Assembly (NCBI GenBank): GCA_030390025.1
Contig: CM059432.1
Span: 116,190,001-116,254,000, forward strand
DNA length: 64,000 bases
Source: Squalus acanthias
Taxonomy: Eukaryota
Direction: 5' to 3'
In this document: positions 24,936-38,152 of the stretch, one piece after another
How positions within the stretch are numbered: the first letter of the stretch is position 1
Layout: each line of letters begins with the position of its first letter
Notes under the pieces: generated by a model
Databases searched by the model: none
The model's input: the letters and a program-made list of their open reading frames with translations, nothing else
What the model was told of the DNA's origin: nothing
Translations under genes and position numbers: made by a program

Positions 24936-27124
24936 GTACAACTTCATCATTGAAAGCAACACTTCAAGATGGCAAGGGGTTGAGGACACTTTTTACATGC
25001 ACAGGGTAATTTTCAGGCAAAAGAGAGCAGTGTGATGGAGAAAGTTTTGCTAACGTCAAGGGCACTCTCTGTTTTAAAGTTTTCACGAGACCTTATTATC
25101 AAGTACTGCAGGTATCCAGGGATTGAATCGCATTCATAAAATGTTGGTTTTCTGTAACAACTCAAATCTTCCATGTGTACTTCAGTAATTTAGTGATAAG
25201 GGCATCAGGCTACTGTGCTGCAGGAAAAAGCTGTTAAACATTTACATTACTTCTGACGCTCTAACAGCGGACATGGCTGATGGATGTAATACATGGTACA
25301 CCTTGCACAAATAGCAACATTTGTGAAATTGTGTCATTGCACTGTTCTCTTAGGCAAAATGTATTCTTTTGTAAGTCATATTTGATTGCAAAGATAGGGC
25401 AAATTGAATCATGAGGTTAGGCTTAATGTACAATTATGTAAATTTAAATCATATAAAGAACTCTAGTAAAGTAACCAAACACTATAATAATGAAGGAAAG
25501 CACAATTATTTTATAGATAAATAACTGTTGCATCAGAGTTGGCATCAGGACACTGCAAATGCAAAAAACTGGCATTCACCCAACTCTAAAGTGCTCCCAT
25601 TATTGTTTACTTTGCAGAGGGTAACATTCCCGCAACTGAATAGTCACCCAGCATTTGATTCCCTCAACCCTTGGTAACAGTCTCATGAGGATTAATAACA
25701 GTTTGAATTGTATTGAGCCTCTGTTTTCTTTGGGGTAGAGATAAAGATCATCAGAAAAAAATCTGCTCTACTTTTTCTTTTTTGAACTCAGCCTTCCTCT
25801 GAAGAAAGATCATAAGTCGCCGATTCTGCAATTAAGTATAAAATGAGAATTGGTCATGCCCATTAAACTGACAGATTCAAAGAGCTTACTTAATGTTTGG
25901 CTGGAATCTTGGCACTGATCACTTAAAAGCACACTCCCCTGCTGAGCAACTCACATAAAACAGTATTTCATTTAATGTGGAAAAAAGTAACTTTAGAAAA
26001 AAGGACAAGGACTATTTAGTGTCATACTGGGATTACATGCGAAAACAAGGATCAATTTGGAATAAAAGGATTGCTGAAATTGGTTTTTACCAAAAACAAT
26101 TGGAGTTCCCTAACAACAGTTCATTATCACAACAGTGTTAAGTGCTTCTTAAGTTTTTCGGCTAGTATATGTGATCAAAATCATGCCCGACTATAAATAA
26201 TCCTGCCTGCTTTCGCTGAAAAGCATGACATTGGATGGCTTTGTTCCCTTCCACCACTCTTCCCTGTGGAAGCCAGTCAATCTTATCATAAATCATCAGC
26301 ATCTGTAATATTTATAGTCTCAGCATGAATGCGGAACAGCTTAAGAACATTGGGATCATGCCTGTACCTGAAAATTACTGCCAAACGTAGCAGAGGAATC
26401 AATATCTGTAACTCAGCTTTTTATTTCAATGTTTTCCTGCAATTTCTCACTCTCCCTTACTCATTTTCCCCTAACTTTCTTCAGATACCGACGGACGTGG
26501 TCCAGATTGTGGAGCGCTAGGGAAGTCATGTTCCTGGGCGATCTCAATTAAAAGTAACACTTTTCTAATATGATAGAATTTTATATTGAGCTTGAAAGTA
26601 ATTTAGTTAAATCCGAAACTAGGGTCTTAAATCTAAACAAAGCAAACTACGTAGGTATGAGGGACGAGTTGGCTAAGGTAGATTGGGAAACTACATTAAA
26701 AGGTATGACGGTAGACAAGCAATGGCTAGTATTTAAAGCATTAATACATAATTTACAACAATATACATTCCTTTAAGGCACAAAAACCTCACAGGAAAAG
26801 TGGTACAACCGTGGCTAACAAGAGAAGTTAAAGATAGTATTAGATCAAAGGAAGAGGCTTATAATGTTGCCAAAAAAGAGTAGTAAGCCTGAGGGTTGGG
26901 AGGATTTTAGAATTCAGCAAAGGAGGACCAAGAAATTGATAAAGAAAGGGAAAATAGAATATGAGAGTAAACTAGCGAAAGACATAAAAACAGACTGTAA
27001 AAGCTTCTATAGGTATGTAAAAAGGAAAAGATTAACGAAAATAAATGTGGGTCCCTTACAGGTTGAAACAGGAGAAATTATAATAGGGAATAAGGAAATG
27101 GCAGAGAAATTGAACAAATACTTT

Positions 27125-30100
27125 GGGCTGGATTTTGCCAGTGTGGGCGGGCTGGGGCGTGTCAGGTGGCATTCGTGTCAGGACCCTGGCTCCGAAGTGA
27201 AGTGGGGAAAAAGTGCGATTTTCCTCTAATTGGGCAATTGATTTCCAGCGTGTGGGAACCCCTGGCCCAATGAGTCTTTTCATCCAGAAAGTCGCCTCCG
27301 ATGACGTCATCAATGCTGCTGGATTTAAGGCCTGCAAGCAGCCTTGCTTCTTTTAGAGACTGCAAACTTTATGGTCATTGGAGTAAGCACTTCATTGATC
27401 GACTATGTCCAGCAGTAGGCCAAAGTGTGCTCCACGCTTCGATGAGCCCTCCCTCCAAGCTCTGGTGGAGGGAGCAAGATCGAATAAGGAGGTGCTCTTC
27501 CCTTCCTCAGGGAGAAAAAAGCCACCCCAGCAGACTAAAGCTGTGTGGCTGCAAGTGGCCCAGGAGGTCAACTCCATCTCGATGAGCCGCAGAACCTGGC
27601 TGCAATGCAAGAAGAGGTTTCATGACCTTCTCCGCACAGGAAAAGTGAGTATGACTTTCCCAACACCCTCAATCTGATCCCCATCGCCTCTCCTCACCAG
27701 CACTCTGCTTTGCTAACCTCTTCCTCCACATCCCACTTGACACTGACATCCCTGCACCCTTACCCATTCACTCTCTCTCAATGGTCACATTCACTTAAAT
27801 ATTCGACCATGCAGCCCTCACACTCCCTATCACTGTGAAGCAACAACAACAACTTACAACACACAGGGAAGGGCCTTTGTCTCCTTCTAAGCATCTATGC
27901 TATGGATTCTCTACACGCACTCCTTCATTCTCACTCAAACTCCACTTGTGTCCCTCACTGCAGGAAAAGAGAGCCCACAATAAGAGGGAAAGAGCCATGA
28001 CAGGAGGAGGGCCACCCTCAGTAGCCCAGCTCACCGCCTGGGAGGTGGCGGCCCTGGAAATCGCCGTGATCGAGGACGATTCCCAAGTGGAAGATGGACA
28101 GACGGGTGCATCACAGCAAGCTGGTGACAGAATAGTTTGGCATCTCTCTCACTGACATTGCATGAGTCACTGACAATGATTCTGATGCTCTAACAGATTG
28201 ACTTATGATCATCTGCACTATTCAATGTGAATGTAACCTTGACCTCACATCTCTAACTCTTTCCTTTACTCCCCCACAGGACCATCGAAAGCCCCCGTCC
28301 CCACTGTCCAGGAGAAACAGCCTGAGTCTCCAGACTCCTCAGAGGAAGCTCCAACCTCTGAGGGCGCAGCGTCAGCAGAATTCAGTGCACCCAGCACCAG
28401 CACAGACACTCACACATCGGTGGGACCTTCGCGAGATAGAGTAGAGTTGTCACCTGGTGTATCACAGCTCACAAGTGAGCATCAGCAGATGGTGGAGACA
28501 GGGACAGCAGTGGAGAGTCCTCATCGGAGGGCGCAGGACTCTGCCAGCTCGGCTCAGCTGCATGTCGACCCTGTGCCTCCGGGTCCAGCCAGGAACAGGT
28601 GCAGGAGTCTCTAGCAGGTTTAGTCTCAGGGTCGCTGCGAGTGTGGAGCGAATGGAGGAGTCCATCGCGAACATGAGCAGAGCGTTTGTGGAGGCATTGG
28701 TGCATGAACGCATCACTGTGGAAAGGATGGCAACCTCCGTTGAAAGGATGGCTACCTCCATGGTAAAGCTTGCTACCGTAGAGGAGAGGATGGCTACGGT
28801 AGAGGAGAGGTTGGCTGCAGCCATGGAGAAGCTTAGTCGCCAGGGTCTTGAAAACATGGTCCTTGTTCAGACTAGAATGACATCTCTTGAGGAGCGATGG
28901 TCAGCTATTGAGCATACAAACCAGACCTTCATGGAAGTCCTCTGGAGTAGGACTTCCAGTACAGAAACCGGTCCTCATGGCCCCCCTGCATTGCAGCAAG
29001 GTGCTGTCAAGCCACTTGCTAGCTCTGAAGTGGGGCTGACCCATGAGAGGGATGTTGGTGGCAGACAACAAGGAAGTGGGGGCTCCTCTCCAAGCGCTCC
29101 CACCACCATGCCACTGCAAAGCCCTCGGTCAGAGCCCCACCAGAGCCCTCACCCAACTGAGATGGGCGTCTCAGCCCCTGCACAGCCGCAGGAGCAGCAG
29201 ATTGTTGCCGAGCCCTCACAGGTTCGCAACCCCAGAGGATGCCCACCAAAGGTGTCGAGACAGGAGCAGCAAGAAAGTGAGCAAGGGGCCACCACATCTG
29301 CCAAAGCCACAGGGGAAGCACCACATAAGAGCACGTGTAAGAGGAAGATAAAGCACAAGTAGTCACAAGGGTAGTCACTTGGGTGTTGTGATGTTTTGTT
29401 TTCTGACCAGCCATCCTTGTCATGGTATCATAAACAGATTTGATGGAAAATTGTTGAAGTTGTGGCCTGTGTCATTTCGCAAATGGGACTTCCATATTGA
29501 GGGCTTAGGGCGACTTGCAATCGTCAGTATGGTGGTCAGAGTCATAGGAATCTGCAGGTTCTTCTCCATTGTCGATGGTCTGGTAAGAAGGTGCGAGGTA
29601 AAAGTGTTTGATTGTGCAGGCTAAGCAAATCTGGCCAACATGAGTGCGTCCCTTGCATCCCGACCAGCAATGTGGTCGCGCGCTGGCGCCTTCTCGCCTG
29701 TGCAGCTTCAGGTGGGTGAGCAGCAGCTTGGCGCTCCTGTTGTTGCTGCTGCTGTTGGTGCTGCTGTTGCTCATGGGTCTGCTGCTGCCACGGCTGGTCT
29801 TCATCCGAATCTGATGTCCAGGTGGAAAGGAATTAAATGGTCGCCATGCTTCTGGTATATGCCTCAGATGAGGAAGCGCTCAGTCAAGGTGGGGAGAGGG
29901 GTTTCCCAGCAGGTCACACTGGAGATGGGTGTCAGGCTCCAAACTTCCACAACAATGAGTAGGCCTGCTAAAAGTTCCCCCAGACCTGAGACAACAAAGT
30001 TCTGCCACCTGCAAATGATCATCGGTGGAAACTCCTTTTTAATGGTGGAGCTGCAGCTGTAAGTAAGCAATCCAATTGTGAGGCCACCAGGATTACCTGG

Positions 30101-30303
30101 CGTGTTCCAGAGGAGGCGTGTAGGATGGGGGAAATGTCTAAAAATCAGAAAGGCCTCTCAAAATGGGATTATAGAGACAATTAAGTGGTTGTTAAGGGCC
30201 TTAAGGGCTTATCTCACCTCTTGGGGGCGGGATGGAAACGGGGTCTGAAAACACGAATGTGGGAAAATTGCTCGGAGGCAGGATGGAGGCGGGATCGAGC
30301 CCG
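27125..30303. mobile_element. Transposase-deleted sibling of the 19091-23329 Harbinger, inverted orientation, far TIR lost
   Basis: Starts with GGGCTGGATTTT; colinear with the reverse complement of the first element; only the transposase N- and C-terminal stubs remain (about 29621-29850, minus). Confidence 0.9.
27405..29362 (+). pseudogene. Harbinger Myb/SANT-like gene, 3 exons
   Basis: Exon1 MSSSRPKCAPRFDEPSLQALV..KKRFHDLLRTGK|gtgagt; exon2 from 27964 (EKRAHNKRERAMTGGG); exon3 from 28280; deletion/frameshift near 28585-28630. Confidence 0.85.
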
Positions 30304-31925
30304 GATGGGACTGAAAGCCGATAAATCCCCATGACCTGATGGCCTACATCCTAGGGTTTTGAAAGAGGTGGCTATAGAGATAGTGAATGCATTGGTTGTC
30401 ATTTTCCAAAATTCCATAGATTCTAAAACGGTTCCCGTGGATTGGAAGGTAGCAAATGTAACCCCACTATTTAAGAAAGGAGGGAGAGAGAAAACGGGGA
30501 ACTACAGACCAGTTAGCCTGACATCAGTAGTTGGGAAAATGCTAGAATCTATTATTAAGGACGTGGTAACAGGGCACTTAGAAAATAATAATAGGATTGG
30601 GCAAAGTCAACATGGATTTATGAAAGGGAAATGGTGTTTGACGAATCTGTTAGAGTTTTTTGAGGTTGTTACTAACAGAATAGATAAGGGGGAACCAGTG
30701 GATGTGGTATATTTGGATTTTCAGAAGGCATTCAATAAGGTGCCACACAAGAGGTTATTAAACAAAATTAGGGCTCATGGGATTGGGGGTAATATACTAG
30801 CATTGATTGAGGATTGGTTAACAGACAGAAAACGGAGAGTAGGAATAAACGGTTCATTTTCGGGTTGGCAGACTGTAACGAGTGGGGTACCACAAGGATC
30901 AGTGCTTGGGCCTCAGCTATTCACAATCTATATCAATGATTTGGATGAGGGGACCAAATGTAATATATCCAAGTTTGCTGATGATTCATAGCTGGGTGGG
31001 AATGTAAGTTGTGAGGAGGCTGCAAGGAGGCTTCAAGGGGATATAGACAAGCTAAGTGAGTGGGCAAGAACATGGCAAATGGAATATAATGTAGAGAAAT
31101 GTGAAGTTAACCACTTTGGTAGGAAAAATAGAAAAGCAGAGAATTTTCTAAATGGTGAGAGATTGGGAAATGTTGGTGTTCAGAGGGACATGTACACACG
31201 TCCTTGTACACGAATCACTGAAAGTTAACATGCAGGTACAGCAAGCAATTAGGAAAGTAAATGGTACGTTGGTCTTTATTACAAGAGGATTTGAGTATAA
31301 GAGTAAAGATGTCTTACTGCAATTATATAGGGCCCTGGTGAGACCGCACCTGGAGTATTGTGCACAGTTTTGGTCTCCTTACCTGAGGAAGGATATGCTT
31401 GCCATAGAGGGAGTGCAACGAAGGTTCACCAGACTGATTCCTGGGATGGGGGGATTATCCTATGAGGAGAGATTGAGTAGATTAGGCCTATATTCTCTAG
31501 AGTTTAGAAGAATGAGAGGTGATCTCATTGAAATATACAAAATTCTTACAGGGCTTGACAGGGTAGATGCAGGGAGGATGTTTCCCCTGGCTGGGGAGTC
31601 TAGAACCAGAGGTCAACGTCTCAGAATAAGGGGTCGGCCATTTACGACTGAGATGAGGAGAAATTTCTTCACTCAGAGGGTTGTGAATCTTTGGAATTCT
31701 CTATCCCAGAGGGCTGTGGAGGCTCAGTCATTGAGTATATTCAAGACAGAGATCGATAGATTTTTGGATATTAAGGGAATCAAGAGATATGGAGATCAGG
31801 CGGGAAAGTGGAGTTGAGGTAGAAGATCAGCCATGATCTTATTGAATGCCGGAGCAGGCTCGAGGGGCCGTATGGCCTACTCCTGCTCCTATTTATTCTG
31901 TTCTTATGTAACTCTCTTTGTCCTT

Positions 31926-32370
31926 TTGCATTTAAACAGTGCCTTTCACAGCCACCGGACGTTCAAAGTACTTTACAGCCAATGAAGTACTGTCACTGCT
32001 GTAATGTAGGAAACGCAGCAGCCAATTTGCGCACAGCAAGCTCCCACAAACAGCAATGTGATAATGATCAGATAACCTGTTTTTGTTATGTTCATTGAGG
32101 GAAAAATATTGGCCAGGACACCAGGGATAACTCCCCTGCTCTTCTTCGAAATAGTGCCATGGGATCTTTTACATCCTCCTGAGAGAGCAGACGGGGCCTC
32201 GGTTTAATGTCTCATCTGAAAGACGGCATCTTCGACAGTGCAGCACTCCCTCAGTACTGCACTGGAGTGTCAGCCTAGATTTTTGTGCTCAAGTCTCAAG
32301 GAGTGGGACTATGAACCCACAACCTTCTGACTCAGAGGCGAGGGTGCTACCCACTGAGCCACAGCTGACA
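31926..32370 (-). mobile_element. tRNA-derived Deu-domain SINE
   Basis: Same family as 4016-4481. Confidence 0.85.
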
Positions 32371-33057
32371 GAGCAGATATTCCATCTCCATCGGGATGGA
32401 AACCAAACAGACCACTTGCTGCCCATAGCAGAAGCCTCTATAGCCTCAACTACCAATATCACTGTGGAGCTCTCAGTAGCTTCAAATTGTGGAGTCTTGT
32501 CTTATATCAACAGATAAGCAGCAAGTACATAAAACTAGCAGAGTATTTGAGCAATGTTAGTGGCCAATTAATCTAAAATACCTTTCCGGAAAAGTCACCT
32601 TAACATTTGCTTCCCATTAGAATTCCTCAGAGTACTGTATTCTACGGTGGGACGAGTATTTGATCTGCTCTGTTAAAACCATAATCTTCTGCATTCCTTT
32701 TATAAGCTAAAAGATTAGCCCAGGGAAAGCTGGCTTTTGCGGTTTCTCCAGGAGAGAAATGTTGGTTCAGTGTCTGAAGGTGAAAAGGGGCAATCGGCAC
32801 ATGTGCAGAACAGCTGCTTTCAGGGTGAAAGTTTACAGTCACAGAAGGTCCTGTGATTATCACATTTACAGCCATTCTGAAAATTACAATGAAGACACTA
32901 ATCAGACAGTCATGTTATATTTGTTGGAAATATATAATTAAATTCTTATCCTGCGGCGTCATTCAGTCAGAATTCATGGTGGTGTCCTTGATAGTGTCTC
33001 TCTGACAGGCAAGACAAAGAACATCAGTCAGCAGAGAAGTGGAGAGTTATTTTCTCA

Positions 33058-33350
33058 TAGAATCTTAGAATTTAACGTAGAAAGGGGCAATTCAGCCTAT
33101 CACGCCAGTGCTAGCTCATCAATTGGATACTCTAATGCCACTTCCCTTCCCTTCCCCATTTCCTTTCATATTCTTTCTTTTCAAATTATTATTTAATTCC
33201 TTTTTCAATTATGTTACAGTGCCTGCCTCAATAGCCATTTACAGTAAAGAATTCCATGTTCAAATAATCCCTTGTGTGAAAACGTTTCTTCGAATTTCCT
33301 CCCTTTTTCTGTCTGCTGATAACCCTGAGTTTAAGTCCCCTTGTTACTGA
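33058..33350 (-). mobile_element. Old CR1 3' end fragment
   Basis: Reverse strand resembles RRNVFTQ...WNSL plus CR1 3'UTR and ttcta(t/a)ga tail. Confidence 0.55.
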
Positions 33351-33386
33351 TTTGCAGTAAAAACAATCTTTCGCAGTAGAAACAAT

Positions 33387-34078
33387 GGGCTGAATCTTAA
33401 CTCCCTAAAATGGGTGGGTTGGGGTCGGGTCAGAGGTTAAAATGCAAAAAATCTGAAACAGGAAACCAACCCGCCTCGAGCCCGGCCACTTCCGATTTTA
33501 TCGGAGGTGGGACAAGGGGCGGGCGACCAATCCGCTTGCAGGAGGCAGGTTTGTCATTTAAATATTATAATGAGGCTGGTCGGGTTTCCAAGGCCTCGAG
33601 AAACCCGGCAGGTGAAAGGAGGCGAGAAGGGCTGGATCCATGAGATAAGTGCCTTTATAGAACTGCTTGTGGGCCAGGAGGAGCAGGAGTGTTTCCTCCC
33701 AGCCCAACAAGCTACCCAGTAATCCCCCCTCCCCCACCTGTGGTCTGTTTGCTCCCGCACCCCCCCCAACATCGAACCCCCCCCCCGACCGCCATCGGAC
33801 ACCCCCGACCACTATTGGACCCCCACCCACGATCACACCCCCACCCCGACTACCATCTGACCCCCTTCACCATCGGACACCCCGCGATCGGAACCCCCCC
33901 ACCACACATCAAGCCCCCGAACCCCTCTAGACCTACCTCTCCTCGGCTGGGGCCTTGTGCTGTAGGAGTTCCCGCTCAATTAAAAACTGCAGGATATTCG
34001 GGAACCCTTTCTTCCAGGTTTCTCGACCTCAAAACAGCCGCCCCGCACAGAACACGCCTCTGGGCTAAACTCCAGGCC
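33387..34078. mobile_element. Harbinger-type MITE
   Basis: Degenerate TIRs gggctgaatctt / aaactccaggcc, AAT on both sides (33384-33386, 34079-34081); internal C-rich low-complexity block; homologous to 40383-40979. Confidence 0.7.
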
Positions 34079-34081
34079 AAT

Positions 34082-36765
34082 GGCCCCGATATTTACTCGG
34101 AGCCACGTTGAGAGCGTAAAGGGCCGATATCACACGGGAAACCAGGAAGTAAGTTAAGCCCATCTGTCAGTGACTTTTTAACTGAGCCAGCTCATTAGCA
34201 TTTTACTTCCTGGTTTGGCGTCCATTGTGTGGCAGCGGGCGTGATGATGTCCCGCATGACATGATCTCAACTCTAGTATTTAAAGGGCCAATCCGAAGAT
34301 GCAGATGGAGGAGTTGGGAGCTGGGAAGAAGAGAGGAGGATTTTCAAGAATGGGTTCGAAATGGGCAAAGGCTTTGCTGCGTTTCAGTGACGCCTCCCTG
34401 GATGTGCTGCTGGGGGCTGTGAGGAGCCGGAGGGAGTTACCCTTCCCCAGCAACGGAAGGAAGAACCGAGCTGGTGAAACCAAGAAGGTGTGGACCAAGG
34501 AGATGGCCGAGGTGGTCAACAGCAGGAGCGCAGAACCCCCGACCACCATTGGACCCCCCCCGCAATCCGACCCCCATCCCCCCACAATCAGGCCCCCCCA
34601 CCCCCGCTAGACCTAACACTCCTCGGCTGGGGCCTTGTGCTGTAGGAGTTCCCACCCGACAGGCCTCTAACCTGTCAATCAGGCTGCCTGTGGGCATGAA
34701 ACTGACAGAATTTTTTTTTAATGTGTCCAGCAATTTTTAACCCGTTCTCCCACATTCACCTACATCCAGCTGTACACAACACCCCACCCCTCACTTGTCA
34801 AGCCTACTCCAGCACATCACTCCTCACACCCACTTACCTTGCACAAGCACCCATCCTTCCCTTTCTATGCACTTCCTCACAGCCCCATCTATCCACTGCC
34901 ACTCACCCTCATCCTCATGCAATGTCATGCCTCTTATAGTCACCCTCACCAAATGAACTCCATCCATCGCTTCAACACATGCCATTACACTCATTCATAG
35001 GTCTGTTATTTCCCCCATTGCAGGAGAAGAGAGCACAGAACACGTGGGAGAGGGAGAGAACCGGAGGTGGGCCTCCACACATATCCCAGCTCACAAGTGC
35101 AGAGGAAGAGGTGCTGGAGATAAGTTGAGTTTCGGAATCCCTGACCATCGGAGATGGACAGATGGTGACCTCCCAGCTACCTGGTTACACAATTAAATAT
35201 CAGCGACCCACATGTCATACGGCACTCAGTCATGTTGACTTGATTTTAACAGCGAGTGAAATATGATCATCTTCATAATGATAAGTTGCAACATTCTTAC
35301 CTTGCCATGACTCATTCATGTCTTTTATCTTCCACGGGGCCTTCAGGTGTGCAGCTAAAGTCGGTGGAGGTTGCAGACGATGATTCCTCAGAGGAGCTGA
35401 GTCCTCCTGAGGGTGAACCATCACAGGACTCATTCCGACCCTGCACCATCTCAGATACTCACACTTCGGCGGGACCACGTAGACAGATAGTTGGATTTTC
35501 ACCTGGTGACTCACACTTCACAAGTCAGTAAGAGCATATGGTGGTGGGAGGGACAGTAGTGGAGAATCCGCATCGGAGGGTGCAGCCCCAGGGCATTGTG
35601 ATAATGTGTTCTTGCATGGATAGAGTGGCCAGGTCTGTGGAACATCAATCGCGGCAATTAAATGAGTCCGTACATACCTTGACCACAGACGTACAGACTC
35701 TGGATGACAACATGTCTGCCTACCTTAAACTGTACCTCTACCTGACGAAGGGGCAGCAGCTCCAAAAGCTCGTAATTTTAAATAAAACTGTTGGACTATA
35801 ACCTGGTGTTGTGCGACTTCTCATTTTTACCTTAAATAGGATGACAGATACCTTAGCCTTGGCCTGACAGAGCCACACTGACTTGCACCAAACTGTTCTC
35901 CAGCAGAGTGCTAGTAGTGAAATGAGGCTGGGACATGAGAGGGATGATGGTGAAAGGAGACATGGAAGTGGGGATTCCACTCAAAACACTTCCACGTCTC
36001 ACCCGTTGACCCCACCGCCATCAGTCAGGACCCGACACACTGCCTTGTCTCACGATGGCCAAGTCTGCCCCTGCACAGGGGCAGGTGGAACAGTCTTTGC
36101 CAAGGCCCTCACGGGCTCCAAAACCCAGAGGTTGTTGGCCAAGAGCATCTCAGCAGTCGGAGCAGGGATGTGAGCAGCCTGCCTCTACCTCTGCTGAAGC
36201 CACAGGGGTTGCACCACATAGGAGTGGTAGGAACAGGAAGAGTAAAGCTTGTTAGTTGCACAAGGGTCTGCACATGGGTGTCTGAGAAAATGTAATGTTG
36301 TTAAGTTTCTGTTCATTAGTTAAAACACGTAATTATTATTCTTTTGCACCACTTTCCTGTCTTGTCCATTCTTGGGTGCTGGGTGGCAAGTCTCTTTTTA
36401 ACTTGTTTGATGATGAATGGGAAGACATTAACTGATGGGGTCCAATCGGGGGATGTTCAAGGGATGGTTGGTTGTTTGCATGACTGCTTTGTGTCAGTGG
36501 CATTGGGGGTGTCGGGGGGCAGGAAGAGTGACTGTTGCATGTATTTGTGACATGGGTCCATTGGTGCAACCTAAGTGAACCTTGCATTAATAAGGGCATC
36601 CTTGGCATCCCGGGCAGCAATGTGAGCAGCTGGTGGTGCATCACCCTCATCACCTTCCTCCTCCTTGTTTTCCTCTTCCTCCTAGGAATCATCCGAAGAG
36701 GATCTGAGCTCTGCGTCTTGTTCCTCCTGCAGATCCAAACCTCGCTGCTGCGCAATGCTGTGCTT
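34082..36765. mobile_element. Degenerate two-gene Harbinger (Myb on +, transposase C-terminus on -)
   Basis: TIR-like ggccccgatattt; RFSDASLDVLLGAVRSRRELPFPSNGRK (exon1); EKRAQN..ERERTGGG (exon2, from 35024); APHRSGRNRKSKAC* (to 36255); minus strand about 36572-36765 reads AQQRGLDLQEE..AARDAKDALINARFT*. Confidence 0.8.
35730..35827 (+). mobile_element. Penelope-like solo pLTR fragment with damaged hammerhead motif
   Basis: Family 1 repeat; CTGACGA intact but GAAA changed to AAAA; TSD taccttaaa at 35721-35729 and 35828-35836. Confidence 0.75.
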
Positions 36766-37143
36766 TTAGAACATTTGACAGATCTTTTAGAACATTTTTA
36801 CAATCCTGTTCAAGGTACCAAGCAGAGGAAATTCTCACTGACACATTTACAATGTCGCTACACATAATGACTTGAGGAATTCTTACTCCTTGGCTGTTGG
36901 TAACTATTGTATTAATCCAGGTTAAACTATATTTCACCCTCATTATCTTGCAGTATTAAAACTATTAACATTTTAGAATCTTTGTTTGACAGCACAGGAT
37001 ACATGTGAAATAGTCATTAAAGAAAAACATGTCACCTTTCAGGGTTTTTAAAAACTTATATTTTGTGCATTGCATGAGATAACTGCGTAAAATATAAATG
37101 CATGTAAATCTATATCAGCATTGTAAATGTCATGTGTATAAAC

Positions 37144-38152
37144 GTCAGCTTGTTCAGTTAGTAGCACTCTTGTCTCTGAATCACAAAATTGTGAGTTCAT
37201 GCTCCACTCCAGGATTTGAGCAAATAGTCTATCACGACACTCGAGTGCTGACTATTCCAACGCACACCTGGCTGGCCTCCCACATTCTACCCTACGTAAA
37301 CTTGAGGTCATCCAAAACTCTACTGCCCGTGCCTTAACTCGCACAAAGTCCCATTCACCCATCACCCCTGTGCTCGCTGACCTACGTTGGCTCCCAGTTA
37401 AGCAACGCTTCGATTTTAAAATTCTCATCCTTGTTTTCAAATCCCTCCATGGCCTCGCCCCTCCCTATCTCTATAATCTCCTTCAGCCCCACAACCACCC
37501 GAGATATCTGCGCTCCTCTAATTCTGCCCTCTTGAGCATGCCTGATTATAATCGCTCAACCATTGGCGGTCGTGCCTTCAGCTGCCTAGGCCCTAAGCTC
37601 TGGAATTCCCTCCCCAAACCTCTCCGCCTCTCTACCTCTCTTTCCTCCTTTAAGAAGCTTCTTAAAACTTACCTCTTTGACCAAGTCACCTGCCCTAATT
37701 TCTCCTTATGTGGCGCGGTGTCAACTTTTGTTTTATAACACCTTTGTTATAAAACAAGGCGCCTTGGGACGTTTTACCATGTCAAAGGCGCTATATAAAT
37801 ACAAGTTGTTGTTGTTGCTGTACTGAGGGAGTGCTGCATTGATGTGGCTTCCATTCTCCAAATGAAGCATTAACCTGAGGTCCTGTCTACCCCTTCCAGT
37901 CGTTCAGCTGGACATTAAAGATCCCATGGCACTGTTTGATGAAAAGGAAGCTCTCCTCGTGTTCTAGCCAACAGTTCTCTCTCAGCTAACACCAGCCAAG
38001 GTAAACTAACTGGCCATTCATCCTATTGCTGTTTGTGAGATCTTGCTGTGTGTAAAATGGCTGCTGTATTCGTGTCATAATAATTCATTGTATGTAAAGT
38101 GCTTTTCGATGTTTATGAGAGATGTAATAATGTGCTGTATAGTCTTTCTTTT
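37144..38152 (+). mobile_element. Old Deu-domain SINE split by an L2 insertion
   Basis: tRNA-like head 37144-37250; body resumes ctgtactgagggagtgctgca at 37818, then aaagatcccatggcact core and tail. Confidence 0.75.
37251..37817 (+). mobile_element. L2 LINE 3' end
   Basis: PITPVLADLRWLPVKQRFDFKILILVFKSLHGLAPPYL..GGRAFS..LWNSLP; tail ggcgctatataaatacaagttgttgttgttg. Confidence 0.9.

Larger units (their letters stand above)
26565..31910 (+). mobile_element. CR1 LINE C (26565-27124 and about 30304-31910), interrupted by a Harbinger
   Basis: NMIEFYIE..NKEMAEKLNKYF, then KADKSP..KFADD..RNFFTQRVVNLWNSL and 3'UTR/tail; several stops. Confidence 0.9.

Noticed and set aside
1375..36945. Phase-compatible chain of small minus-strand exons (about 36.9k, 32.6k, 26.5k, 25.8k, 5403-5476, 3.4k, 1.4k)
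   Set aside because: Several splice sites are weak, the peptide is unrecognisable, and such chains are easy to overfit by eye.
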